This document shows, piece after piece, positions 1 through 11,709 of a stretch of 64,000 bases of DNA. The stretch is from NCBI GenBank assembly GCA_047284725.1, contig JBJBEO010000001.1:2424203-2488202 (forward strand), read 5' to 3'. Source of the DNA: Synechococcus sp. (GTDB lineage: Bacteria > Cyanobacteriota > Cyanobacteriia > PCC-6307 > Cyanobiaceae). The position numbers were made by a program, and so were the translations under genes. Each line of letters starts with the position of its first letter. Within the stretch, counting starts at the first letter, position 1. The notes beneath the pieces were generated by a model. The model did not search any database. It was given only the letters and a program-made list of their open reading frames with translations, and was not told the DNA's origin.

Positions 1-42
1 GCGAAGCCGCTTGCCTCGCAACGCCTTTGGTCAGCCGTGGCG

Positions 43-951
43 TCAGGTTTGACGCAAGGCGGCCAGGGTTTGGGAAAGGGTGTCGCGCATGGAAGGCTCA
101 AGCGGTAGTAAAGGAAGACGGGGAGCTCCGACGGACCAGCCACTGAGTTCAAGAGCAGCTTTCACAGGAATCGGATTGGTCGTGGCGAACAGGGCCTTGC
201 AGAGCGGAAGCAACATCTCGTGCAAGGCAAGGGCATCAGCGTGGCGTCCGGTGAAGAACGCCTCAATCATTGAACGCATCTGCGGGCCCGCCACATGGCT
301 GGCCACGCTCACCACACCCACAGCGCCGACCGCAAGCATCGGCAAGGTGAGCGCATCGTCGCCGCTGTAGATCGCCAAGCGCGGACCGCAGGCCAATCGC
401 AACTGACTGACCTCTTCGGTGGTGCCACTGGCGGCCTTGATGCTCACCACATTGGGGCAATCCATCAGTCGCGCAACTGTGGAGGGAGCCAGGCAACAGC
501 CGGTACGACCCGGAATGTTGTAAAGCATTAACGGAAGGCTGGGAGCTGCTTCTGCCACAGCACGGAAGTGAGCTTCCAGGCCCGATTGCGGTGGCTTGTT
601 GTAGTAGGGAACCACCACAAGCGCACCATCCGCTCCGGCGGCAGCGGCCTCCCGGGTCGCAGCCACCGCTTCGGCGGTGCTGTTGCTGCCGGTACCGGCC
701 AACACCTTCACACCCGGCGCCACCGCTTCACGCACCGCAGCAAGAAGCTGCACCTGCTCATCCCAACTGAGAGTGGGCGACTCACCGGTGGTGCCACACA
801 CGACGATGCCGTCGGAACCGTCTTGGGCCAGATGCTCAGCAAGCCGGGCCGCCAGCACCAGATCAACGCTGCCGTCAGCAGCGAATGGTGTGACCATGGC
901 CGTGAGCACACGGCCGAAGGGCGTGGGTGATAACTGGGCGGATGAGCTCAT
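43..951 (-). CDS. dapA: 4-hydroxy-tetrahydrodipicolinate synthase
   Basis: [21 protein letters not shown] and IKAASG motifs; ATG at 951 chosen inside the longer ORF, just after the asd stop. Confidence 0.96.
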   Translation of the reverse strand: MSSSAQLSPTPFGRVLTAMVTPFAADGSVDLVLAARLAEHLAQDGSDGIVVCGTTGESPTLSWDEQVQLLAAVREAVAPGVKVLAGTGSNSTAEAVAATREAAAAGADGALVVVPYYNKPPQSGLEAHFRAVAEAAPSLPLMLYNIPGRTGCCLAPSTVARLMDCPNVVSIKAASGTTEEVSQLRLACGPRLAIYSGDDALTLPMLAVGAVGVVSVASHVAGPQMRSMIEAFFTGRHADALALHEMLLPLCKALFATTNPIPVKAALELSGWSVGAPRLPLLPLEPSMRDTLSQTLAALRQT

Positions 952-956
952 CAAGA

Positions 957-2000
957 TCAGGAAGCAATCAGCAATTCGGCGATCTGGATCGCATTCAGCG
1001 CCGCACCTTTTCGAATCTGATCCCCGCAAAGCCAGAACTCGAGTGCGTTCGGCTCGCTGATGTCTTGACGGATCCGACCCACCGCCACGGGATCCCGACC
1101 GGTGACATCGGTGGGCATGGGGAAGCGGTTCTCGTCGCAACGATCGATCAACTCGACGCCAGGGGCATTCGCAAGAAGAGAGCGGGCCTCCTCCACGGGA
1201 AACGGTTCTTCGAACTCCACATTCACCGCTTCGGAATGGGCTCGCAACACCGGCACACGCACGCAAGTCGCACTGAAGCGCAGATCTGGTAGATCCATGA
1301 TCTTGCGGGTTTCATTCACCATCTTCATCTCTTCCTCGCAATAGCTGTTGGACTGCAATGGAGAGTTGTGGAGGAACAGATTGAAGGCCAGGGAGTGGGG
1401 AAGGATCTCGCTTTGCGGTGTACCGCCATTCAGCACCACTTGGCTGAGGTCGCGCAGTTCCTCCATGGCACGGGCGCCGGCGCCACTGGCGGATTGATAG
1501 GTGCTCACCACCACGCGACGCATTGGCCGTTTGGCGGCAAGGGGGGCCAGCGCCAGGGTGAGCAGGATCGTTGTGCAGTTGGGATTGGCAATCACGCCCT
1601 GGTGCGCAAACGCCGCATCAGGATTGACCTCGGGCACCACCAAAGGCACCCCGTCTTCCATCCGGAAGGCGCTGGAGTTATCCACCATCACGGCACCAGC
1701 AGCCGTAATCGTCTGACGCCACTGCTTCGAAACCGAACCACCAGCGGTAGCCAACACCAGATCCACACCGGCAAACGCGTCAGCACTCACTTCCTGAACG
1801 GTGAGCTGTTTCCCCTTCCAGGCCTGCCTTTGACCGGCGGAGCGAGCGGAGGCAAGCAAGCGCAGCTCACCAACAGGAAATTGCCGCTCGTCAAGCAATT
1901 TCAAAAGCTCCTGGCCCACCGCACCGCTCGCACCGAGAACAGCAACGGTGAGGGGTTGGGAAGGAAGAGAGCGGGCCTGGGACGGGGAGGGAATGGACAA
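957..2000 (-). CDS. asd: Aspartate-semialdehyde dehydrogenase
   Basis: GASGAVG Rossmann motif, NPNCTT catalytic Cys, [12 protein letters not shown] start at 2000 inferred. Confidence 0.95.
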   Translation of the reverse strand: MSIPSPSQARSLPSQPLTVAVLGASGAVGQELLKLLDERQFPVGELRLLASARSAGQRQAWKGKQLTVQEVSADAFAGVDLVLATAGGSVSKQWRQTITAAGAVMVDNSSAFRMEDGVPLVVPEVNPDAAFAHQGVIANPNCTTILLTLALAPLAAKRPMRRVVVSTYQSASGAGARAMEELRDLSQVVLNGGTPQSEILPHSLAFNLFLHNSPLQSNSYCEEEMKMVNETRKIMDLPDLRFSATCVRVPVLRAHSEAVNVEFEEPFPVEEARSLLANAPGVELIDRCDENRFPMPTDVTGRDPVAVGRIRQDISEPNALEFWLCGDQIRKGAALNAIQIAELLIAS

Positions 2001-2165
2001 ACGTGTGTCGCTGAAGCTGAGTAACGAATGCAGACGTTGTCTAGAAAGTGAAGGTGATCGCGACGCGGAGCTGGCGAAGCACCTGAGAAAACGCTTCAAC
2101 CACAATACGTTGCGAAGCCTGTGATGGCTCTTTCATAAAGTGGCTGGCTGCCCGTACAAGTTCTG

Positions 2166-3575
2166 ATGAGCGCCGCTTCGTTGAAGGTCAAGACCACCGC
2201 CCGCCCCGGCAGCCGGATGGCGGTTGAAGTGGCAGTGCCTGCGGAGCGCTGCAAAGAGAGCTACGAAGCAGCTGTGACGCGTCTGAGCCGCACCATCAAC
2301 CTCCCAGGCTTCCGTAAGGGCAAAGTGCCCAGGGCTGTGTTGATGCAACAGATCGGCCCCATGCGCATCCGTGCGACCGCTCTCGAATCGATGGTGGATG
2401 GCGTTTGGCGCGAAGCGATCGAACAGGAAAAGATCGAGGTCCTCGGCCAGCCAGACCTCGCCGATGGCTTCGACAAGCTGCTGGATGCATTCGATCCCGG
2501 CAAGGAGCTCACCCTGGTGCTGGAAACAGATGTGGCTCCGGTACCCAAGCTCAAGCTGACCAAAGGCCTGAAAGCGGAAGCCGAGAGCGTCAGCTACGAC
2601 CCCGCCAAGGTCGACGAGATGATCGAACAATCCCGTCGCCAGCTGGCCACCCTGGTGCCCGTGGAGAACCGTGCCGCCGCCAATGGCGATGTGGCCGTGG
2701 TGGGGTTCGCAGGCACCTACAGCGATGACGGCAGCGCCATCGAAGGCGGCAGCGCCGATTCCATGGAGGTTGAGCTGGAAGACGGCCGCATGATCCCCGG
2801 CTTCGTGGAAGGGGTCGTGGGAATGGCCATTGGGGAAGAGAAAACCGTTGAGTGCCAGTTCCCCGAGGACTACCCCAAAGAGGACGCCCGCGGACGCAAA
2901 GCCAGCTTTGTGATCAACCTCAAAGACCTCAAAACTCGCGAGCTGCCTGAACTCGACGACGCCTTCGCCAAGCAGGCAAGCGATAAGGACACAATGGCCG
3001 AACTACGCGCGGACCTGGAGGAGCGCCTCAAGGACGACGCCGAACGGCGCCAACAAAGCAACCGCCACGACGCCCTGATTGCAGCCCTGGTAGAGCAGCT
3101 CGAGGTGGAACTCCCCGAAAGCCTTGTGCAACAGGAAGTGCGCAACCTGGTGGAGCAAACAGCCGGTCAGTTCGCCCAGCAGGGCATGGACGTGAAATCC
3201 CTGTTCACACCTGATCTGGTGCGCAACCTGATGGAGTCGTCCCGCCCAGAAGCCGAAGAACGCCTGCGCCGCAGCCTGGCCCTCTCCGCCCTGGCCGAAG
3301 CCGAGGGCCTCGAAGTGGAAGACGGCGACATCGACGCGAAGGTGAAGGAGGTGAAGAAACAGCTCGCCGGTGAGCGTGATATCGATCCCCAGCGCCTGCG
3401 CGATGCCGTGATTGATGACCTCCTGCGCGACAAGCTTCTCGGCTGGCTGGAGGAGAACAGCACCGTGGCCGAAAAGGCTGCCGAATCTGACGAAGCCAAA
3501 GCGGAGAAGAAGCCTGCAGCAAAGAAAACCACCAAGGAGAAAGCTGAAAAGTCCAAGAAGGACGCCGAGGCCTGA
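2166..3575 (+). CDS. tig: Trigger factor
   Basis: PGFRKGKVP ribosome-binding signature, FKBP-like middle domain; upstream of clpP-clpX. Confidence 0.97.
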   Translation: MSAASLKVKTTARPGSRMAVEVAVPAERCKESYEAAVTRLSRTINLPGFRKGKVPRAVLMQQIGPMRIRATALESMVDGVWREAIEQEKIEVLGQPDLADGFDKLLDAFDPGKELTLVLETDVAPVPKLKLTKGLKAEAESVSYDPAKVDEMIEQSRRQLATLVPVENRAAANGDVAVVGFAGTYSDDGSAIEGGSADSMEVELEDGRMIPGFVEGVVGMAIGEEKTVECQFPEDYPKEDARGRKASFVINLKDLKTRELPELDDAFAKQASDKDTMAELRADLEERLKDDAERRQQSNRHDALIAALVEQLEVELPESLVQQEVRNLVEQTAGQFAQQGMDVKSLFTPDLVRNLMESSRPEAEERLRRSLALSALAEAEGLEVEDGDIDAKVKEVKKQLAGERDIDPQRLRDAVIDDLLRDKLLGWLEENSTVAEKAAESDEAKAEKKPAAKKTTKEKAEKSKKDAEA

Positions 3576-3621
3576 TCAGGCCCCATAGATTGCATGCACA
3601 TCAACCCTTTCTGTTCGCCGC

Positions 3622-4311
3622 GTGATCGACGCTCGCAGCTCACACCCGATCCAGAACCGCTGGACTGGCATCCGCCCCACAGCTGTGATGCCATCCGCGG
3701 CCCCGGGTGTGCTGCCCACGGTCGTGGAGCAGTCGGGCCGAGGCGAGCGGGCCTTCGATATCTATTCACGCCTGTTGCGTGAGCGGATCATTTTTCTGGG
3801 CACCGGCATCGACGATCAGGTGGCAGATGCCCTGGTGGCACAGCTTCTGTTCCTTGAAGCGGAAGATCCAGAAAAGGACATTCAGATTTATGTCAACTCT
3901 CCCGGCGGCTCGGTGACGGCGGGCCTGGCGATCTACGACACCATGCAGCAGGTGGCCCCTGATGTGGTCACAATCTGCTACGGCCTTGCGGCCTCCATGG
4001 GTGCCTTCCTCCTCTCCGGTGGCACCAAGGGGAAACGCCTCGCCCTTCCGAGCGCGCGGATCATGATCCACCAGCCCCTTGGCGGCGCCCAGGGCCAGGC
4101 GGTCGATATCGAGATCCAAGCCCAGGAGATCCTCTTCCTCAAGGACACCCTCAATGGGCTGATGGCCGAGCACACTGGCCAGCCCCTAGAAAAAATTGCT
4201 GAAGACACCGACCGCGACTACTTCCTTTCCCCGGCAGAAGCGGTTGAATACGGATTGATCGACCGGGTGGTGGACAGCCCTGCAGACGGAGGAATCGTTA
4301 CGGAAGGCTGA
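3622..4311 (+). CDS. clpP: ATP-dependent Clp protease proteolytic subunit
   Basis: [33 protein letters not shown]. Confidence 0.97.
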   Translation: MIDARSSHPIQNRWTGIRPTAVMPSAAPGVLPTVVEQSGRGERAFDIYSRLLRERIIFLGTGIDDQVADALVAQLLFLEAEDPEKDIQIYVNSPGGSVTAGLAIYDTMQQVAPDVVTICYGLAASMGAFLLSGGTKGKRLALPSARIMIHQPLGGAQGQAVDIEIQAQEILFLKDTLNGLMAEHTGQPLEKIAEDTDRDYFLSPAEAVEYGLIDRVVDSPADGGIVTEG

Positions 4312-4398
4312 CATCGCCTTGATCCGCGACGATCCTTGGAGTCGGGCCATCCCTTCACGTGAGGTCCGTTTCTGCCTGTTTGAACTAACGAGCGCCCG

Positions 4399-5757
4399 AT
4401 GGCCAAATTTGATGCCCATCTGAAGTGCTCCTTCTGCGGAAAGTCGCAGGAGCAGGTGCGCAAGCTGATCGCCGGCCCTGGCGTGTACATCTGCGATGAG
4501 TGCATCGATCTTTGCAACGAAATCCTTGACGAGGAACTGATCGACGCCCAGGGGAACCCGCGCCACGGTGCTGAGCCCGGACGCAAGCAGGCCTCCCAGG
4601 GCACACGGAAGAGCAGCAAGCCAGCGCCAACCCTGGCGAGCATTCCCAAACCACAGGAGATCAAAGCGTTCCTTGACCATCAGGTGGTGGGCCAGAACGC
4701 AGCCAAGAAGGTGCTCTCGGTGGCGGTTTACAACCACTACAAGCGACTTGCCTGGCAGGGAGATGGCCAAGGCGAAACGGAGCAGACCGCCACGCGGCTG
4801 CACAAGAGCAACATCCTGCTGATCGGGCCTACCGGCTGCGGCAAAACTCTCCTGGCCCAGACCCTGGCGGAAATGCTGGATGTACCGTTCGCCGTGGCCG
4901 ATGCCACGACCCTGACGGAGGCAGGCTACGTCGGCGAAGACGTGGAAAACATCCTGCTGCGACTCCTGCAGAAAGCCGACATGGATGTGGAGCAGGCCCA
5001 GCGCGGCATCATCTACATCGACGAAATCGACAAGATCGCCCGTAAGAGCGAAAATCCCTCCATCACCAGAGATGTCTCCGGTGAAGGGGTGCAGCAGGCG
5101 TTGCTGAAGATGCTCGAAGGCACCGTGGCCAACGTGCCGCCCCAGGGGGGACGCAAACATCCTTATCAAGATTGCATTCAGATCGACACCAGCCAGATCC
5201 TGTTCATCTGCGGCGGAGCATTTGTCGGTCTCGATGATGTTGTGCAGAAGCGCATGGGCCGCAATGCCATTGGCTTTGTGCCCAGCAGCGACGGCCGAGG
5301 ACGTCACAAGGCAAGCCGCGACCTGCAGGCCGCCCAGGTGCTGCGCCACTTGGAGCCGGACGATCTGGTGCGTTATGGCCTCATTCCGGAGTTCATCGGT
5401 CGCATGCCTGTGAGTGCCGTGCTTGAACCACTTGATGAGCTGGCGCTTCAATCCATCCTCACCGAGCCCCGTGATGCTCTGGTGAAACAGTTCCGCACCC
5501 TGTTGAGCATGGACAACGTCCAGCTCGATTTCGACAACGAGGCGGTGGAAGCGATTGCAAAAGAAGCCCACCGGCGCAAAACCGGTGCTCGGGCGCTGCG
5601 AGGCATCGTTGAGGAGCTGATGCTCGATCTGATGTACGACCTGCCTTCCCGTAAGAACGTGAAGACCTTCACGGTGACTCAGTCGATGGTGGAGGAACAC
5701 ACGGGCGGCAAGGTGCTGCCTCTGCCCGGAAGCGACCGCCAGCAGGAAACCGCTTGA
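4399..5757 (+). CDS. clpX: Clp protease ATP-binding subunit ClpX
   Basis: CSFCGK zinc finger, [19 protein letters not shown] loop, IGF motif. Confidence 0.98.
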   Translation: MAKFDAHLKCSFCGKSQEQVRKLIAGPGVYICDECIDLCNEILDEELIDAQGNPRHGAEPGRKQASQGTRKSSKPAPTLASIPKPQEIKAFLDHQVVGQNAAKKVLSVAVYNHYKRLAWQGDGQGETEQTATRLHKSNILLIGPTGCGKTLLAQTLAEMLDVPFAVADATTLTEAGYVGEDVENILLRLLQKADMDVEQAQRGIIYIDEIDKIARKSENPSITRDVSGEGVQQALLKMLEGTVANVPPQGGRKHPYQDCIQIDTSQILFICGGAFVGLDDVVQKRMGRNAIGFVPSSDGRGRHKASRDLQAAQVLRHLEPDDLVRYGLIPEFIGRMPVSAVLEPLDELALQSILTEPRDALVKQFRTLLSMDNVQLDFDNEAVEAIAKEAHRRKTGARALRGIVEELMLDLMYDLPSRKNVKTFTVTQSMVEEHTGGKVLPLPGSDRQQETA

Positions 5758-5761
5758 GGCC

Positions 5762-6400
5762 ATGGCCGCCGCCGACCATCTGCAGGTGCCTCGGCAGCAC
5801 GGCCTGTTTCTCCACCACGGCATTGACCTGGGTGACGGCACCGTCGCCCACTATCTGGAAGGCCGCGAAATCCTGCGCAGTTCTCTGGACGATTTCAGCC
5901 AGAGCCAACCGTTGAGCGTGGTGCCGCACACGGAGTGCTCCCCTCAGGGGGTAACCCTGCGGCGGGCGATGAGCCGCATCGGAGAACAGAACTACAACCT
6001 GCTCTTCAACAACTGCGAACACTTCGCCACCTGGTGCAAAACCGGGCGTCATCACAGCAACCAGGTGCAATCAGTAGTGGACAAAGCCCGCAGCTGGAGC
6101 AACCTGATGCCCTCAACCCTCATGGCCGGGCTGGAATTACTGGTGCAACGGGGGCTGCTCGACGACCACACCCGCCAGCTGGCTCGGGACGGCGTGGTGA
6201 AACTCGACCAGCTGCGCCTGAAACTACTTCGCAAACTCGACACCCTGCTGCAACAAGCCGGAGACAACAGCAATCAGCGCCTGCTGCTCAGCGGCCAGAG
6301 CCTGGCTGACCAACTAGCAGCAGTGGAAGAGCTAAAACACCAGATCGATGCACTGCTGGCACAGCCCCCTGTGCTGCCTCCAGCCCGCAAACCTGAGTAG
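5762..6400 (+). CDS. Lecithin-retinol acyltransferase (LRAT)-family protein
   Basis: HHGIDLGDGTVAHY and YNLLFNNCEHF, the permuted NlpC/P60 LRAT signature. Confidence 0.85.
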   Translation: MAAADHLQVPRQHGLFLHHGIDLGDGTVAHYLEGREILRSSLDDFSQSQPLSVVPHTECSPQGVTLRRAMSRIGEQNYNLLFNNCEHFATWCKTGRHHSNQVQSVVDKARSWSNLMPSTLMAGLELLVQRGLLDDHTRQLARDGVVKLDQLRLKLLRKLDTLLQQAGDNSNQRLLLSGQSLADQLAAVEELKHQIDALLAQPPVLPPARKPE

Positions 6401-6423
6401 TCTCGCCGCATCACCCGGGTCGC

Positions 6424-8325
6424 ATGAGCCAGGCCTACCAGCCGCTGCATCACAAATACAGACCCCAACGCTTTGATCAGCTGGTGGGACAGGACGCGAT
6501 TGCGGCCACCCTGGCTCACGCACTGCGCAGCGACCGGATTGCACCGGCCTACCTGTTCAGTGGGCCCCGTGGAACCGGCAAGACCTCAAGCGCCCGCATC
6601 CTGGCTCGTTCGCTGAACTGCCTGAGCAGCGAGGGGCCCACGCCCGAACCCTGCGGCAGCTGCGAGCTCTGCACCACGATCGCCGCCGGCACGGCCCTGG
6701 ATGTGATCGAAATCGATGCCGCCTCCAACACCGGCGTCGACAACATCCGCGACCTGATCGAGCGCTCACGCTTTGCACCGGTGCAGGCGCGCTGGAAGGT
6801 GTATGTGGTGGACGAATGCCACATGCTCTCCACCGCAGCCTTCAACGCCCTGCTCAAAACCCTGGAGGAACCACCACCGCGGGTGGTGTTCGTGCTGGCC
6901 ACCACCGACCCCCAGCGGGTGCTGCCCACCATCCTCAGCCGCTGCCAGCGGTTTGATTTCCGCCGCATCCCCCTTGATGCCCTCGAGGCCCACCTCACCT
7001 GGATCGCGGAAGAGGAAACGATTCCGATCCAACCGGAAGCAGTGCACGTAGTGGCCCAACGGGCCCAGGGGGGCCTGCGCGATGCGGAGAGCCTGCTCGA
7101 TCAGCTCAGCCTTCTGCCGGCACCGATCGAAGCCGATGCGGTGTGGGATCTCCTCGGCGCGGTGCCGGAGCAAGACCTGATTGCATTGGCCGAAGCGTTG
7201 GCCAGCAGCGATCCCTTGCAGCTTGTGGAATCGAGCCGCAGCCTTCTCGATCGCGGCCGCGATCCAGGCGCTGTGCTGCAGGGACTAGCCGGCATCTTGC
7301 GGGATCTCGTGCTGATGGCAGCGGCCCCCGACCGGCCCGAGCTCACCAGTGTGTCGCCTCAGTTCCGCGATCAATTGCCGGCGCTGGCCCAACGCATCGG
7401 CCGCCAGCGTTTGCTGCAATGGCAGGTCCACCTGCGGGGCGGCGAACAGCAACTGCGCCTGAGCGTGCAACCCCGCCTCTGGCTGGAGGTGCTGCTGATG
7501 GGCTTGCTGGCAGAGACTGCACCAACGAATGCAGCTCCGCTTAAAACAGCAGCCGCACAAACCCCTTCCGCGCCGCCGGCCTCAACCGCAGTAGCGACCA
7601 CACCTGTGGCCTTGCCGGCGACGGTTTCAGACCTCACGCAGCCTCAGGCAACCGCTGAATCTCCTGCACAGCCCCCCCACCCCAAAACGACAACCACCAA
7701 CACAGCGACCGGCAGCTCCACCACTCCATCCTCCGAAGTCACGCTGCCCCTCACGAGCGGGGACTCTGCGGATGACAAAGCAGCGACCCCCAGCACCACC
7801 CTGCCTGAGCTGTGGCAGCAAATTCTCGGCAGCCTTGAACTGCCCTCCACCCGCATGCTGCTCTCCCAACAGGCCCAGTTAGTACGCCTGGATCCACATC
7901 GGGCCGTGGTGCAAGTCGCCGGTAACTGGATGGGCATGGTGCAGAGCCGCGCCACCCTGCTGGAACAAGCAATCGCCCGCGCCTGCGGCGGTCACCGCCA
8001 GCTTGTTCTGGAAAGCCACAACGGCACGATCACCCCAGCTTCATCAACATCCCCAACGCCATCCCAGAAGAGCGCTTCCAGTCACGAACCCGCTGAACCA
8101 GCAGCGATGCCCTCTCCAGCAGCACAAACAACAGCAGCTGCCATGCCACCCGTCCTGGCCACCCCAGGGCCAGCGATCAGGCCCGCAGAGGCGGTCTTCA
8201 CCCAACCAGCCCAAACCAAGTCGGTTCAAGCCTCCCAGCCAATGCCCTCGCCCATTGACGACAAGGTGAAACGGTTTACCGAGTTCTTCAATGGACAAGT
8301 GGTGGACCTGGATGTCTCCGACTGA
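6424..8325 (+). CDS. dnaX: DNA polymerase III subunit gamma/tau
   Basis: KYRPQRF, GPRGTGKT, EIDAASN, SRC motif; long Pro/Ala/Thr linkers. Confidence 0.97.
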   Translation: MSQAYQPLHHKYRPQRFDQLVGQDAIAATLAHALRSDRIAPAYLFSGPRGTGKTSSARILARSLNCLSSEGPTPEPCGSCELCTTIAAGTALDVIEIDAASNTGVDNIRDLIERSRFAPVQARWKVYVVDECHMLSTAAFNALLKTLEEPPPRVVFVLATTDPQRVLPTILSRCQRFDFRRIPLDALEAHLTWIAEEETIPIQPEAVHVVAQRAQGGLRDAESLLDQLSLLPAPIEADAVWDLLGAVPEQDLIALAEALASSDPLQLVESSRSLLDRGRDPGAVLQGLAGILRDLVLMAAAPDRPELTSVSPQFRDQLPALAQRIGRQRLLQWQVHLRGGEQQLRLSVQPRLWLEVLLMGLLAETAPTNAAPLKTAAAQTPSAPPASTAVATTPVALPATVSDLTQPQATAESPAQPPHPKTTTTNTATGSSTTPSSEVTLPLTSGDSADDKAATPSTTLPELWQQILGSLELPSTRMLLSQQAQLVRLDPHRAVVQVAGNWMGMVQSRATLLEQAIARACGGHRQLVLESHNGTITPASSTSPTPSQKSASSHEPAEPAAMPSPAAQTTAAAMPPVLATPGPAIRPAEAVFTQPAQTKSVQASQPMPSPIDDKVKRFTEFFNGQVVDLDVSD

Positions 8326-8466
8326 CGTCAGAACCATCCAACAAAGCCCTGACTGTGCAGTCCCTCGAATTCCTCATCAAGCACATGTCATGGGCTGATT
8401 GGTGATCGAAATTCTTTTGGGACAATCCAATCGATGCACACGTGGGTTTCCTGTCGGGAGGGTTCT

Positions 8467-9786
8467 TCAACCCACTGGTTCACCCCGATGGCTGGTCTTG
8501 GCCCACACCAGTCGTTTCGGGAACAACGCCATCTTCAAAGTCACCCAAGGGATCACCACAAACCAGTGACCCAGATAAATAATCCCGAGCAACAGATTGA
8601 CAAATCCAGCCTGCGGCAAGTCAGGGCCCTCACTGGAGCGTCGACAACCTCGCCAATAGGCCAGACCAGAGACGCTGAAGGCCACGAATGAAAGCGGCCA
8701 GTACACCGGCATCGTCCGCAACACAAGGCTGGTGATCAGATCAGCAAACGACAGGAGCGGCAGCACGTACTGCAACAGGAAGAAACAGGCCAGATCAAGA
8801 CGTTGACCGCCTGTAAGCGCTCCTGACGCGAGCTTGGGCCAGTAATCAAAAAAGCGCTGCAACCCACCTTCAGCCCAGCGTTGACGCTGCTTCCACAGAG
8901 CCGAGAGGGACTCAACCGCTTCTTCCTGCACCGGAGGGTCCCAAAGCAATCCCACCGGAGCTCCTTCGGTCAGCAAGCGAAAACTGAGATCAAGGTCGTC
9001 GGTGACCGTGTCTTCGTTGAAACCACCACAGGCCTGCAAGCGACTGCGCTGCAGCAACTCACCGTTACCGCGCAGTTCCATCACGCCGGCACCCATAAGG
9101 CGACCCTGCTGCAGCAATGCATCCAGCGCCATTTCCATCGCCTGCACCCTGGTGAGCCAACCCTCGTGGGCATTGGTCACCGCCTTACGCAACTGCACAG
9201 CGGCCCAACGCCCACGAATCGCAAAGGGCAACAGCCGCTCGAGAACGTCGTTCTGCAACTGGGCATCGGCATCGAGCACCAACATCCACTCACCCTTGAG
9301 CTGCTGCAGGACGGTGTTGAGCGCCCCTGATTTTCCCCCACCAGCGCCACGCTTGCGATGAATCACCTGCAACTGAGGATGCTGCTGCTGCAGCTCATCA
9401 AGGAGCGGACCCGTACGGTCTTCGCTGCCGTCATCCACAACCCAGAGCGCTAGCCGCTCCTTGGGGTATCGCAACGCCATGAGGCGCGCCAGCAAGCGCG
9501 CCACGACCGCTTCTTCATCCCGAGCAGCCACAACCACATCCACAGCGGGTAGATCCACAGGGATATCTGCTTTCAAGGCCTCCTCCCCAGGTGCTGTCGC
9601 CAGATCGCGACTGCGCAGAACCGTTCGAAGGCCGTACCCCCCCAGCAGCAAAGCCAGTGTCACCGCCGGCATCAGGCTGCGCAGAGGGTCTAGCCAATGG
9701 GGGGCAGCACCGGCAGCACCACAAGCCACAAGGAACAGGGCTGACTTACCGCGTCGGTGATCTCCCGTCCCTGCGGCGTGTGCCAT
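8467..9786 (-). CDS. Glycosyltransferase family 2, probable monoglucosyldiacylglycerol synthase (MgdA-like)
   Basis: DDGSED, GGKSGALN, DAD, TDDLD, QRQRWAEG processive GT2 motifs with flanking TM segments. Confidence 0.82.
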   Translation of the reverse strand: MAHAAGTGDHRRGKSALFLVACGAAGAAPHWLDPLRSLMPAVTLALLLGGYGLRTVLRSRDLATAPGEEALKADIPVDLPAVDVVVAARDEEAVVARLLARLMALRYPKERLALWVVDDGSEDRTGPLLDELQQQHPQLQVIHRKRGAGGGKSGALNTVLQQLKGEWMLVLDADAQLQNDVLERLLPFAIRGRWAAVQLRKAVTNAHEGWLTRVQAMEMALDALLQQGRLMGAGVMELRGNGELLQRSRLQACGGFNEDTVTDDLDLSFRLLTEGAPVGLLWDPPVQEEAVESLSALWKQRQRWAEGGLQRFFDYWPKLASGALTGGQRLDLACFFLLQYVLPLLSFADLITSLVLRTMPVYWPLSFVAFSVSGLAYWRGCRRSSEGPDLPQAGFVNLLLGIIYLGHWFVVIPWVTLKMALFPKRLVWAKTSHRGEPVG

Positions 9787-9810
9787 CGACCATCCTGGAA
9801 TGTGGCGACT

Positions 9811-11391
9811 CTAAGGGGCCTTAATGGATGGAGACAGCGGTGCCAGGGAAGCGCCGGGGTAATAGTGCTGGAGGATCCGCTGCACAGGCCAACCACGGCG
9901 GGCCAAATCGATGGCACCAGCCTGGGACAAGCCGGCGCCATGGCCAAAGCCACCGCCCTGGAAGCGCCACACCCCTGCCCCAGCCGACTCAAGGCTGAAC
10001 AGGGTGCTTGGCAGACGACGCAACGTGCGGCGGATGGCATCCAACTGCAGGTCCACCGGAGCACCAGGGCCATTCCCACTGATGCGCAGGGTCAGAACCC
10101 TGCCACTTGGCCCTCGCTTCTCCACCGAGACATCGTCAACCTGACCGATCGAACGTCCTGCAAGAGCCTTCTGCAACTGAAAGGAGGTGTATGTGCGGCT
10201 CCAGCGGAACAATGGATGACCAGCGCCATAGGCCCCGCCGCCCCCCTGCACCAAGCGACGCACCTCCTGCGGATCCGTCAGGGGCATCACCACACTCTGC
10301 TGCCAGCCCTGATCGCCATCGGGCTTCGCTTTCAGATAGGACGCCGGCGCCATCGCCCAGGCTTCCGGCGCGGACGCCATCACGCCTCCATTGGATGCGT
10401 GGTAGACCGCGCTGATCGGTTGACCCTGCCACTGCAACACCTGACCAGCGGTGGCCTGGATCGCTTGGCGCACGGCAGGGCTGGCTTGACGGGGATCGCT
10501 GTACACCTGGCACTGGGTGTCGCTGCAGAGGTGGTAACCGTCAATGTCGAAGCGGTGGCTGTTGGCCAAAGCCCAGGTGCGGGCCAGGATTGCCTGGGCC
10601 TGAAGGGCCGCCGCGGGCGAGCCGGCCCCGATCTCATGGGGAACGACCCCTTCGAGGTAACGCTCCAGAGGCACCTGCTCCAGCAGCGTCCAACTGCCGT
10701 AAGCATCGGGCTGAAGCCGAAATGGGCCTTGCATCACCCCACCATTCCAACGCAACCCATCGGGAGCCTCGAGTTGGAGCGGTCCACGCAACACATGCTC
10801 CTTGCCACCGATCACCACCACGGGACGCACCGCGCTAGTGACCGTCTGGCGCCAGGGACGGCTGCTGACACCCTTCAGTGGCATAGCGGTCTCTGGTGCC
10901 CAAACCTCCCACTCACCCGGATGGGCCACTAAAGCTTTCACTCCTTGCTGTCGCCATCGCTGCGCCACCTGATCCGCTGATTCGAAGCTTGCGTAGGGCC
11001 CTGCCACCAGACGCGACACCTTCACCGGCTGCGCCAAAGGCACCAGCTGCCAACTGATGCTGATGGAGCCAGCTTCAACCAAAAGGGGGTCTCCAACGTC
11101 AGGATCGAGCGGCCGCAGCGTCAGAGGCACAACACCGGCACTGCGCAACAGCAAGGCAGAGGCAGGGCGTTCCCGACTCGTTCCCCGACCAAGGTGATCC
11201 TCCAAAGCCACCCACAACTGATCCGCGGAAACCGAGGGCGGTTGCGGAACCGCTCGGTGCGTAGGGATCTGAGGCAGCGCAGGAGTTGCCAGCTCAATCT
11301 CCTGAGCCCGGCAGCCCACAGTGATGACGGAGCACAACACAAGCGAGGGAGCCAACCACCCCAAACACAGGCCGTCATGGTTCCGCTTCAT
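9811..11391 (-). CDS. SpoIID/LytB domain protein (peptidoglycan hydrolase)
   Basis: [45 protein letters not shown]; start at 11391 inferred. Confidence 0.9.
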   Translation of the reverse strand: MKRNHDGLCLGWLAPSLVLCSVITVGCRAQEIELATPALPQIPTHRAVPQPPSVSADQLWVALEDHLGRGTSRERPASALLLRSAGVVPLTLRPLDPDVGDPLLVEAGSISISWQLVPLAQPVKVSRLVAGPYASFESADQVAQRWRQQGVKALVAHPGEWEVWAPETAMPLKGVSSRPWRQTVTSAVRPVVVIGGKEHVLRGPLQLEAPDGLRWNGGVMQGPFRLQPDAYGSWTLLEQVPLERYLEGVVPHEIGAGSPAAALQAQAILARTWALANSHRFDIDGYHLCSDTQCQVYSDPRQASPAVRQAIQATAGQVLQWQGQPISAVYHASNGGVMASAPEAWAMAPASYLKAKPDGDQGWQQSVVMPLTDPQEVRRLVQGGGGAYGAGHPLFRWSRTYTSFQLQKALAGRSIGQVDDVSVEKRGPSGRVLTLRISGNGPGAPVDLQLDAIRRTLRRLPSTLFSLESAGAGVWRFQGGGFGHGAGLSQAGAIDLARRGWPVQRILQHYYPGASLAPLSPSIKAP

Positions 11392-11414
11392 TGGCTCAGG
11401 GGAAGGTGAGGGCG

Positions 11415-11420
11415 TATTGT
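11415..11420 (+). promoter_or_regulatory. Putative -10 element for rpmI-rplT
   Basis: TATTGT about 30 nt upstream of the rpmI ATG. Confidence 0.4.
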
Positions 11421-11449
11421 TGTCGTTCGTGCCACGCGCTGCCAGAGAC

Positions 11450-11647
11450 ATGCCCAAGCTCAAGACCCGCAAAGCAGCCGCGAAGCGGTTCAAGGCAACC
11501 GGCACTGGCAAATTCATGCGTCGTCGTGCCTTCCGCAATCACCTGCTCGATCACAAGAGCCCCAAGCTGAAGCGCCATCTGGGCACCAAGGCCGTCGTGG
11601 ACCGCACCGATGAGGATCGGGTGGCCCTGATGATGCCCTACGCCTGA
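11450..11647 (+). CDS. rpmI: 50S ribosomal protein L35
   Basis: [21 protein letters not shown]. Confidence 0.98.
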   Translation: MPKLKTRKAAAKRFKATGTGKFMRRRAFRNHLLDHKSPKLKRHLGTKAVVDRTDEDRVALMMPYA

Positions 11648-11709
11648 TCGAGTCTGGGCTCGCTCGTCGCCACTCGATTGATCTCTCCACTTATCTGATT
11701 TTCTGATTC

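Noticed and set aside
1678..1686. DnaA-box-like TTATCCACC (also at 43311)
   Set aside because: Isolated, mismatched and inside CDS; no oriC-like cluster in the window
4186..5841. 551-aa antisense ORF (and similar ones at 9757-10932, 14390-15316, 31994-33010, 49111-50127, 60184-61497)
   Set aside because: Shadow ORFs opposite well-supported genes in GC-rich DNA; no recognisable motifs
6424..8325. Programmed frameshift or intein in dnaX
   Set aside because: No A-AAA-AAG or poly-A slippery site noticed; the extra length is low-complexity linker with no intein motifs
8326..8466. Possible ncRNA (e.g. SRP RNA) in the gap after dnaX
   Set aside because: No SRP helix-8 motif or strong stem recognised
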